Shown: in pieces, positions 1 through 7,140 of the stretch
Layout: each line of letters opens with the position of its first letter
Numbering within the stretch: the stretch's first letter is position 1
From: Candidatus Poribacteria bacterium
GTDB taxonomy: Bacteria > Poribacteria > WGA-4E > UBA9662
Direction of reading: 5' to 3'
Length of the DNA: 11,025 bases
NCBI GenBank assembly: GCA_046582655.1
Contig: JAYGDX010000406.1
Coordinates: forward strand, 1-11,025
Made by a program: the position numbers and the translations under genes
The notes under the pieces: model-generated
What the model was told of the DNA's origin: nothing
Databases searched by the model: none
Seen by the model: only the letters and a program-made list of their open reading frames with translations

Positions 1-2
1 GG

Positions 3-152
3 AGGAATATCTTTTGGGATGTCTTTTGCTGGTCGGATAAACAAGGTTATGTTCCAAATGATGATGACTACAAGAAATCCGAAAGGAAAAAGTTAGCAGT
101 ATATCCAGATCAAAAGTTGGCTGCAATTTGGGCCGATCTCAAAAAACACTAA
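3..152 (+). CDS. 3' end of a partial CDS (runs off the left edge); probable exported protein ending in a Poribacteria-type C-terminal motif
   Basis: Frame 3 is open from the window start to TAA at 150-152: RNIFWDVFCWSDKQGYVPNDDDYKKSERKKLAVYPDQKLAAIWADLKKH*. Not in the supplied ORF track (short, no start codon). Confidence 0.7.
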   Translation, partial: RNIFWDVFCWSDKQGYVPNDDDYKKSERKKLAVYPDQKLAAIWADLKKH

Positions 153-312
153 TCATCTCAAACAGTATAAGGAAAAGATAACTTTAAAATTAGACACGAG
201 GCAAAGGTCGTCTCATTTGAACAAAAATTAGTTCGATGGGCTCGCCGGAGGATCTTGTTTTTTGTTTCATGTAAAGGTAATCTATCCGTCGGAAAATCTG
301 ATTAAATACTGT

Positions 313-316
313 AGGA
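313..316 (+). promoter_or_regulatory. Putative Shine-Dalgarno site for the aldolase gene
   Basis: AGGA 10 nt upstream of the ATG at 327. Confidence 0.45.
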
Positions 317-326
317 ATCAGTAATA

Positions 327-1266
327 ATGGATTGGCAATATCACCCATGGGCGGGTGTGTTTCCCGCTACGCTTTGCCCATTTCGAGAAGATGAATCAAT
401 TGATGAAGAAGGTTTAGCAAACTACATGCGTGAACTCGCAGACACCGATGGCATCAAAGGCATTGTTTGTAACGGTCATACCGGCGAAATTATGTCTTTG
501 AGAGCACATGAACGGGCAGAAATTACTAAAATAACTGCTAATACTGTTGGTGCTAAAGTGAAAGTTGTTTCAGGTGTCAGTGCAGAGGGAAGTCTAGAAG
601 CGATTGATCACGCACTGGCTGCAAAAGAGGCTGGAGGCGATGGTATCCTACTTATGCCGCCGCACCATTGGCTTAGGTTTGGACGTCCAAGTCAAACAGC
701 GATAGGATTCTTTCAAGATGTTGCTGAAGCTGACACCCCAATTATCGTACACCAATATCCTGCTTGGACAAAAGCTTGTTTACAGCCTTAAAGAGATGCT
801 CGAGCTTGTCAAAATACCACAAGTTGTATGCATCAAGATGGGGACTCGTGACATGGCACGTTGGCGTTGGGATTATGAACAACTCAAAGAAGCAGCACCG
901 GATGTTCCTGTTATTACTTGTCACGACGAATATCTATTAGCATCACTCCTCGAAGGTTGTGATGGTGCTTTGATTGGTTTTGCTGGCTTTGTACCAGAAT
1001 TGATGGTGGAGGTTGTTCATGCTGCATTGAACGGCGACTTGGTAGGGGCACGGAAAGCACGACAACTTGTTGACCCGCTTGCCCGTATCGTCTATAATTT
1101 CGGGGAACCTAGTAGCGATGCTCACCAGCGAATGAAGTGCGCACGGTGGCTTATGAGACGGTTTCCTTCAATGACCATGCGTCGTCCGCTACGCCAATTA
1201 CCGGACGATGAAGTTACAAGCATTCGAAATAATCTTGAAAAAATTGGGTACGAGTGCAAGAGATAA
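327..1266 (+). pseudogene. Dihydrodipicolinate synthase / N-acetylneuraminate lyase family class I aldolase, split by a single-base frameshift near 779-781 (pseudogene or sequencing error)
   Basis: ORF 327-791 has family N-terminal motifs (GVFPATLCPF..D..ID, CNGHTGE, VVSGV, GGDGILLMPP, IIVHQYP). The next frame continues YSLKEMLELVKIPQVVCIKMG (Schiff-base Lys at 835-837), GCDGALIG, MRRPL. Removing one T from TTT at 779-781 gives one 312-aa protein. Confidence 0.85.
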
Positions 1267-1365
1267 GAACATTTTTTTAGTTTTCTATCCAGATATGGGG
1301 GTAGCCGATTAAATCGACTGGTGCCGATTGCACAGATAGAGTTTAGTGTTAGGGATATTCTCGCC

Positions 1366-1442
1366 GTTTAGTGATCAAACCCAATTATAAAAGTACCATT
1401 GGCGGTTCCATGCACTGTATTCAGTCATTTGATCAGCTAAAC
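1366..1442. repeat. Intergenic inverted repeat (14-bp arms, one bulge)
   Basis: GTTTAGTGATCAAA (1366-1379) pairs with TTTGATCA-G-CTAAAC (1428-1442), with a 48-nt spacer. Confidence 0.6.
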
Positions 1443-1477
1443 AACATGAAATTTGCATATTTTTACCAAAAGGTTGG

Positions 1478-1483
1478 GGAGGT
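1478..1483 (+). promoter_or_regulatory. Shine-Dalgarno site for the DUF6807 gene
   Basis: GGAGGT 11 nt upstream of the ATG at 1495. Confidence 0.6.
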
Positions 1484-1494
1484 AAAAACAAACA

Positions 1495-2343
1495 ATGAAT
1501 TCACCTTTTGAAATTCACCTTAATGCACGAACCTATATGGTTATGGAAAGTGCAAGTGGGCGTTGTCTAGGTGGCTTCGGAAGTAATGCTCAACGCTCAT
1601 GGGTGTTTCCATTTTATACGCCTTCTGGGCATACTGTGATTCAAGAGTATGCTTTTGATCATCCTTTTCATAACGGGGTTTTTGTTGGTCAAAGCCCTAT
1701 AATTGTTGGAGGACGTGAGGGACAGTTTTGGCATTATGCTGGATTCAAACCGCGACCTCTTGGTGGGCGTGTCGAGGCCCCAAAAACACCGGATATAGAA
1801 CCACATGAGCATGGTATTAGATTTCGGTTAAAAAATGTTTGGCTGGATGAGAACGAAGAACCACTCATTGACGAAGTTCGTACGGTTAATTTCCGTAAAG
1901 CTCCAGATGCTACAATTTGCGACATGACGAGTGAGAAGATAGCAACCTACGGCGCTGCAGACTATCCACAGACAAAATTCGGAAGCATAGGTATCCGTGT
2001 TGAACCTAGATTGTTGCCTGTTACTGGTGGAATTGTACTAGCCGATAATAATCGCGTAGGTGGTGTTGATGTTGTTCATGAAGACGAATCTGATTTCGTT
2101 TCCTACGAAAATGAACTGTCGGGGCATGGACGGTTTGGCGTGATGATGCACATTCTTGATGAAGGTGTGAGTGGTCCATGGTTCATCCGTGGATATGGAA
2201 TGGCACTATTCAACCCAACATGGACACAGTCGATCTCAACACCCGAAGGTAAGTCTTGGAAGGTGAGTTTGCGAGTTGTAGCTTATGACGGTGGGTTAAC
2301 AGAAGAACGAGCTCAAAATTGGATTAAAGTTCAGGCAGATTGA
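1495..2343 (+). CDS. DUF6807 / 'PmoA-like' (PF14100-type) beta-sandwich protein, not a true methane monooxygenase
   Basis: 282 aa. Motifs FPFYTPSG.TV and DHPFHNGVFVG match the family DHPHHRG motif. Also W...E.R.V.F, GSIGIRV, PWFIRGYG...NP and L.VVAYDG. Soluble, no obvious signal peptide. Confidence 0.7.
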   Translation: MNSPFEIHLNARTYMVMESASGRCLGGFGSNAQRSWVFPFYTPSGHTVIQEYAFDHPFHNGVFVGQSPIIVGGREGQFWHYAGFKPRPLGGRVEAPKTPDIEPHEHGIRFRLKNVWLDENEEPLIDEVRTVNFRKAPDATICDMTSEKIATYGAADYPQTKFGSIGIRVEPRLLPVTGGIVLADNNRVGGVDVVHEDESDFVSYENELSGHGRFGVMMHILDEGVSGPWFIRGYGMALFNPTWTQSISTPEGKSWKVSLRVVAYDGGLTEERAQNWIKVQAD

Positions 2344-4058
2344 AAGTTAACTTTCCTTTTTGGATTGTTCTAGTTGCTGGCCTAGCCGCCTTTGCCCTCA
2401 AATGCAAAGTCACGTATTCTGTTCAGTGGATTGGGAACACTGACTCGGCTGTTTTTGCAGAAACAGCCGACAGTTTCGCACGTGGGAAAGGCCTATCCAA
2501 CGATTTCATTCAGTATTCCTATTTTTACTCTCCGCTACAATATCCTGAAATCAACCATCCCGATGCCCATTATCCTCCTCTGTATTCGTTGTTGACTGTT
2601 CCTTTTTATTTGATCTTTGGAAAAACCGCTTTTGCAGCTAAACTTCCTGCCATGTTAGTGAGTTCTATCTTGCTGCCAATTTTCCTGTATTTACTTACTT
2701 TAAGACTAAGTAAAAATCGGATTACTGCAATGGCGTCGGCCTTATGTGTGATAGTCTTCCCCAACATATTTGAACATTCGTTAGTTCCCGATGACGATGG
2801 TATTTTCCATTTTATGGTAATAGCCAGCTGTTTCTTGATCATAATGGCGATTGATACTCCAAAGTACTTCTATTCAGCAGGTGTATTTATCAGTTTATCA
2901 TATTATGCCAAAGGCAGCGGATTGATCCTGATTCCTATTTATTTTATATTTTGCCTGATTCGAGGTGGACCTAAGATTTTATGGAACCGAAAGTTGAGGC
3001 ACTGCTTTTTGATCGTTTTTCTTGTTATGTTGCCTTGGTTCCTCAGAAATACTATACACTTTGGTCAACCCAACTTCAGTACCCAGCAGTATGCTGCTGG
3101 GTATATAGGATACAAGGGATGGGAAGAAGGCACTTATTCGCTTTATTGGAATGTTGACAGACCAACTTTATTTTCCAAATTACGAGAGGCAGGCTCAGAC
3201 CAAGTGTGGAATAAGAGCAAAGACTTTCTTAAAACATTTTGGTGGTGGAGCTTTGTGGATATTGACGAATCGTGGGGGGAATTTGAAGCTGAGGATTTCT
3301 ATACTTATTGTACAGGAATTCCTGCTGCAATAGGTTTTTTCTTGTTCTGCCTGTCTTGTTTGTATTTTTCCTTCTGTCGCTTTTTATTCCTAGACAAAGG
3401 ACAGTTAAAATCCAGAGAGATTCACAAAGCTATGCATGATTTTTTTGAGCCTTGGCACAATCGTGATTTTCATGTTCTTTGGTTAGTCCCCTTAGGATCA
3501 ATGGTTTTTCTCGCCGTTTGTTGGGAACCAATTGAGCGACTAGCATATCCATTCATTGCGATAAATATGGCAATTGGTTGGACAACCTATTACGTGGGAA
3601 TAACACAAATATGTAAGTTGTCAATATGGTCAAAGCACGCTAATAGAATAATTCCGTGTTTACTCATGTTATTAATGTTACCAATTGTATTAAAATCAAC
3701 TGCTAAAATATACGATGAATATAAAGATAAAGACTTTCCTTATGGTGAAGGTGAACAAGCGTGGATGAAAACGGGGAAGTGGATTCATGAGAATCTCCCT
3801 GGTTCAATCATAATGTTTCGCGAACCAGCCCAGTTACATTTCTATTCCGAAGAAAAGACCATACAGGTACCTCTGGCAAATCTGGATCAAATTATTCAGG
3901 TCATGAAATTCTACAAAGTTACCCACATTATTCCAAAATTGGCCATGCGTCCTGCTTTAAAATCGCTGGTTGAAGGCAAAATACCCGGATTCAAATTGGT
4001 TTACAACCAAGGGCTTGAGATCTATGAAATAGACTATTCTCTTTTACCATCGTACTAA
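2340..4058 (+). CDS. GT-C fold membrane glycosyltransferase (GT39/ArnT/PMT_2-like)
   Basis: 572 aa. TTG start overlaps the upstream TGA (TTGA). N-terminal TM helix, then DSAVFAETADSFARGKG, YPPLYSLL, SLSYYAKGSG and LPWFLRN...FGQP. Many TM segments and a C-terminal soluble WIHENLP...FY domain. Confidence 0.8.
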   Translation: MKVNFPFWIVLVAGLAAFALKCKVTYSVQWIGNTDSAVFAETADSFARGKGLSNDFIQYSYFYSPLQYPEINHPDAHYPPLYSLLTVPFYLIFGKTAFAAKLPAMLVSSILLPIFLYLLTLRLSKNRITAMASALCVIVFPNIFEHSLVPDDDGIFHFMVIASCFLIIMAIDTPKYFYSAGVFISLSYYAKGSGLILIPIYFIFCLIRGGPKILWNRKLRHCFLIVFLVMLPWFLRNTIHFGQPNFSTQQYAAGYIGYKGWEEGTYSLYWNVDRPTLFSKLREAGSDQVWNKSKDFLKTFWWWSFVDIDESWGEFEAEDFYTYCTGIPAAIGFFLFCLSCLYFSFCRFLFLDKGQLKSREIHKAMHDFFEPWHNRDFHVLWLVPLGSMVFLAVCWEPIERLAYPFIAINMAIGWTTYYVGITQICKLSIWSKHANRIIPCLLMLLMLPIVLKSTAKIYDEYKDKDFPYGEGEQAWMKTGKWIHENLPGSIIMFREPAQLHFYSEEKTIQVPLANLDQIIQVMKFYKVTHIIPKLAMRPALKSLVEGKIPGFKLVYNQGLEIYEIDYSLLPSY

Positions 4059-4079
4059 TCAAAGAGGAGATAAACTAAA

Positions 4080-5312
4080 ATGAGTCACATACCAATTCCG
4101 AAAGAACCTTTGAAATTAGGGTTGATCGGTGCAGGAAATCGTTCACGAAACCACTACTGCAAAGTTTTTGAGTTTCTTGCGCCATGGATTGAAGTTGTGG
4201 CGGTCTGTGATCCAGTAAAAGACAACTGCGATACTGCTGCCAATATGCTTAATGTAAAAGCATATTACGATATTCACCAGTTAGTCAAGGATAAGCCGAT
4301 GGAGGCTGCTCTCGTTGTGACACCAATACCATCACACCACTCGATCTCTGTATATCTTTCAAGTCATGGTATCCACAATATGAGCGAAACGACATGGTGT
4401 AGCACAATAGGACAAGCGCAAGAGATGATTCAAACGGCTTGTAAAAACAATGTTATCGTACGTGTCGCTGAGAACTTTTTCCGAGTCTCAATTGACCGGT
4501 TTGCACAGAAACTCCGCGACAGCGAATACATTGGTCGTATACATCGTATATTCAGTTACAATGACCATACTGGGTATCACAATAACTCACGTTGGATCGC
4601 CTTTGCGAGGTCACACCCTCTTTGGGTACAGTCCATTGAACATACTATGCCAACTGTATCTTTCTATTCAACGCCACAGCGGCTACATGAGAGTGAAAAC
4701 TTACGAGCACGTTACTTTGGATTTCCAGATAATCTGCTGGTTGCTGACTCAGCGTCAAATATCAAGGGGTTTCTGGGTCGACAGTCACGTCCAGGTCACA
4801 CGGAGTGGCAGGGCGAGTGTGGAACACTAGTACATCGTCCGGAACTAACAGAATTGCGCTACTGTTCCCAAGCACGCCGTCATCAAAAAGGGGATTCGCT
4901 AAGCAAGGGTGGTGGAAAGGCAGATCAAGTTTACCCTGTTGAGAAGGAGATGGCGGAAGATGGTCAATGGATTCGGACCTATTGCCAAACAGAAGATAGT
5001 GTCATTGAGTATATCAACCCACACCAACTTAATAGTGAAAAACAAAATCCGATTGCTGATCATATAACTGATTTCGCACTGGCAGTACGTGGGCTTCGTC
5101 CGAGTGAATTTGATGAAGAAGATGCAATCATGTCATTGATGATGGAGGTTGGTGCAAAGGAATCAGCAATTAACGAGGGAAAACGGATAACACTCCCCCT
5201 CAAGGACGAGACCGAAGCTGACGCACGCACTCGGAACAGTTTGAAGAGAGAATATGGGGTTGATCCAATGGACGTTGAGGCTATGCTTGCGACCAGTTAC
5301 CCAAAACCGTAG
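4080..5312 (+). CDS. Gfo/Idh/MocA family NAD(P)-dependent oxidoreductase
   Basis: 410 aa. Rossmann KLGLIGAG, EVVAVCD, AALVVTP..SH, VRVAENF, and C-terminal DFALAVRG...ESA..G.RI.LP. A GAGGAG SD precedes the ATG at 4080. Confidence 0.88.
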   Translation: MSHIPIPKEPLKLGLIGAGNRSRNHYCKVFEFLAPWIEVVAVCDPVKDNCDTAANMLNVKAYYDIHQLVKDKPMEAALVVTPIPSHHSISVYLSSHGIHNMSETTWCSTIGQAQEMIQTACKNNVIVRVAENFFRVSIDRFAQKLRDSEYIGRIHRIFSYNDHTGYHNNSRWIAFARSHPLWVQSIEHTMPTVSFYSTPQRLHESENLRARYFGFPDNLLVADSASNIKGFLGRQSRPGHTEWQGECGTLVHRPELTELRYCSQARRHQKGDSLSKGGGKADQVYPVEKEMAEDGQWIRTYCQTEDSVIEYINPHQLNSEKQNPIADHITDFALAVRGLRPSEFDEEDAIMSLMMEVGAKESAINEGKRITLPLKDETEADARTRNSLKREYGVDPMDVEAMLATSYPKP

Positions 5313-5354
5313 ATATCTTATAGATCCCTAAAGGTCCTTGGGCATTCTGATGCG

Positions 5355-5510
5355 GCAGGTGATCTAAATGCGCGGACTCCGAATTTGGATCGATTATGTA
5401 AACAAGGGGTCAGGTTAACAAACTCAATCGGTATGAAGCTTGTGCGTATAGAACACGGTAGTTTTCTAATGGGACAAATAACTCGCCTTATATGGCAGTA
5501 TTTGAAATAA
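5355..5510 (+). pseudogene. Chimeric gene remnant: sulfatase N-terminal fragment fused in frame to a formylglycine-generating enzyme (FGE/SUMF1) family N-terminal fragment
   Basis: Translation AGDLNARTPNLDRLCKQGVRLTN|SIGMKLVRIEHGSFLMG-QITRLIWQYLK*. The first part matches sulfatase TPNLDRLAxxGVRFTN. The second matches FGE-family TNSIGMKLVxIPxGxFxMG. No suitable upstream start codon. Confidence 0.7.
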
Positions 5511-5547
5511 CTAACATGCTGTAGGTTATTTAAAATCAGTATGATAA

Positions 5548-7116
5548 ATGATGGGTTTATTGGGTGGTAAAAGAAAAATCAGGTTTCTTTCGACACTTAC
5601 TAGGTGGTTAGGGAAAGCCAATTCCAATAGTCCGACATATTTTATATCTCGATGGCTATTCCTGCGGATACTTGGTTTAGTTTACTTCATTGCATTTCTG
5701 TCTCTGTGGGTACAAATTGATGGTTTAGTTGGCAGTAATGGCATCCTACCAATCAAAGATTACCTAGACACAATCCGAGACAATTTTGGTAACGAGCGAT
5801 ATCGGTTGTGGCCGACCGTCTTCTGGCTAAATGGAAGTGATGGTGCGTTACACTTTGTTTGCGGACTTGGCTTATTCCTATCTGTATTATTGATCAGTGG
5901 CTGTTGGGCGCCTATAGCGCTATTTTGTTTGTGGATATGCTATCTTTCGCTAGTTGTCGCAGGACAAGACTTTTTGAGCTTTCAATGGGATATACTACTG
6001 TTAGAAACTGGGTTTCTGGCAATTTTTCTGGCACCATTCCAGAATTTTCCTAAGCTGTCTTGTCAATCGTCACCTTCAGCATCGGTTTTATGGCTTCACA
6101 GATGGTTGCTGTTCCGGTTAATTTTTGCTTCCGGTTACGTGAAGTTAAGTAGTGGTGATGAGACTTGGAAAAATTTAACTGCTCTTAATTACCATTACGA
6201 AACGCAACCGTTACCCACATTAATCGGATGGTATGTCCATCATTTCCCGGAGTGGTTTCAGAAATTTTCTGTCTCCATCATGTTCGGAATCGAACTGTTT
6301 ATACCTTTTTGCATCTTCTTGCCACGACGATGCCGAGCTTTCGCTGGCGGGGTGCTGATTATTTTACAGATCCTGATTGCGTCCACGGGAAATTACTGTT
6401 TCTTCAATTTACTTACTATAATCTTATGCTTTTTGTTATTTGATGATATCAGTTTGCATCGAATTCTTCCTCAAAAACTAACATCTAGATTCCCACATAG
6501 CCTGAGAGAAGTAGAAGAAAGAACAATAGTCATCAGAAAACTTCACTTTGGTTGTCGGAGTATTCTGGTTACTATGCTTGTGATATTCATTCTGTTGATA
6601 AGTGGTATTCGGATGGCAGGAATGTTATTCCGATATGAGCAGTTGCCATCGTTCACATTGAGAATCTTAAGATGGACAGCACCATTTCATACAGTTAATG
6701 GTTACGGTCTCTTTGCTAATATGACGACATCCCGTCCGGAAATTATTATCGAAGGAAGCAATGATGGGGAAAACTGGCGGGTGTATCAATTCAGATGGAA
6801 ACCTGGGAATCTAGATCGACCTCCCCGTACAGTTGCGCCACATCAACCTCGTCTAGATTGGCAGATGTGGTTTGCGGCATTAAGTAACTACCGTCGTACA
6901 CCTTGGTTCGGTAAGTTTATTGAAAAATTGTTGCTAAGTTCACCAGAAGTATTGGGGCTGCTGCTTGAAAATCCGTTTCCAGATGACCCACCTCGTTATA
7001 TTCGGGCGAAACTGTACGATTATAAATTTACCGATTGGGAAACAAATCGAGGTCAAGGAGATTGGTGGCAACGTACGGAAAAGGGGCTTTATCTTTCGAT
7101 TGTCTCTCTACGCTAA
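5548..7116 (+). CDS. Lipase maturation factor (LMF1/LMF2) family membrane protein
   Basis: 522 aa. RWLFLRILGLVYFIAFLS..VQ..GLVGSNGILP, FLSFQWDILLLETGFL, FASGYVKL, YHYETQPLP, TGNYCFFN, NGYGLFA, FRWKPG and APHQPRLDWQMWFAAL. Start (5548 or 5551) uncertain, no clear SD. Confidence 0.92.
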   Translation: MMGLLGGKRKIRFLSTLTRWLGKANSNSPTYFISRWLFLRILGLVYFIAFLSLWVQIDGLVGSNGILPIKDYLDTIRDNFGNERYRLWPTVFWLNGSDGALHFVCGLGLFLSVLLISGCWAPIALFCLWICYLSLVVAGQDFLSFQWDILLLETGFLAIFLAPFQNFPKLSCQSSPSASVLWLHRWLLFRLIFASGYVKLSSGDETWKNLTALNYHYETQPLPTLIGWYVHHFPEWFQKFSVSIMFGIELFIPFCIFLPRRCRAFAGGVLIILQILIASTGNYCFFNLLTIILCFLLFDDISLHRILPQKLTSRFPHSLREVEERTIVIRKLHFGCRSILVTMLVIFILLISGIRMAGMLFRYEQLPSFTLRILRWTAPFHTVNGYGLFANMTTSRPEIIIEGSNDGENWRVYQFRWKPGNLDRPPRTVAPHQPRLDWQMWFAALSNYRRTPWFGKFIEKLLLSSPEVLGLLLENPFPDDPPRYIRAKLYDYKFTDWETNRGQGDWWQRTEKGLYLSIVSLR

Positions 7117-7140
7117 TACGGACAGCCAGACTAAGATCTG

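Noticed and set aside
218..269. Imperfect TGAACAAAAA / TTTTTTGTTTCA inverted repeat upstream of the aldolase as a terminator or riboswitch
   Set aside because: The arms are low-complexity A/T, there is no GC-rich stem directly before the T-run, and no aptamer consensus was recognised.
1495..2343. 'PmoA' family label implying methane oxidation
   Set aside because: The protein is soluble, lacks the TM helices of true PmoA, and has no pmoC/pmoB neighbours. The label is a family misnomer.
5310..5510. The sulfatase/FGE remnant is in frame with the oxidoreductase right after its TAG, suggesting amber readthrough or recoding
   Set aside because: The oxidoreductase appears complete at ...SYPKP, the extension consists of truncated fragments, a frame match has a 1-in-3 chance, and no other in-frame TAG interruptions are seen.
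7126..7137. 12-nt match CCAGACTAAGAT between the convergent gap and 7963-7974
   Set aside because: A few 12-mer matches are expected by chance in 11 kb.
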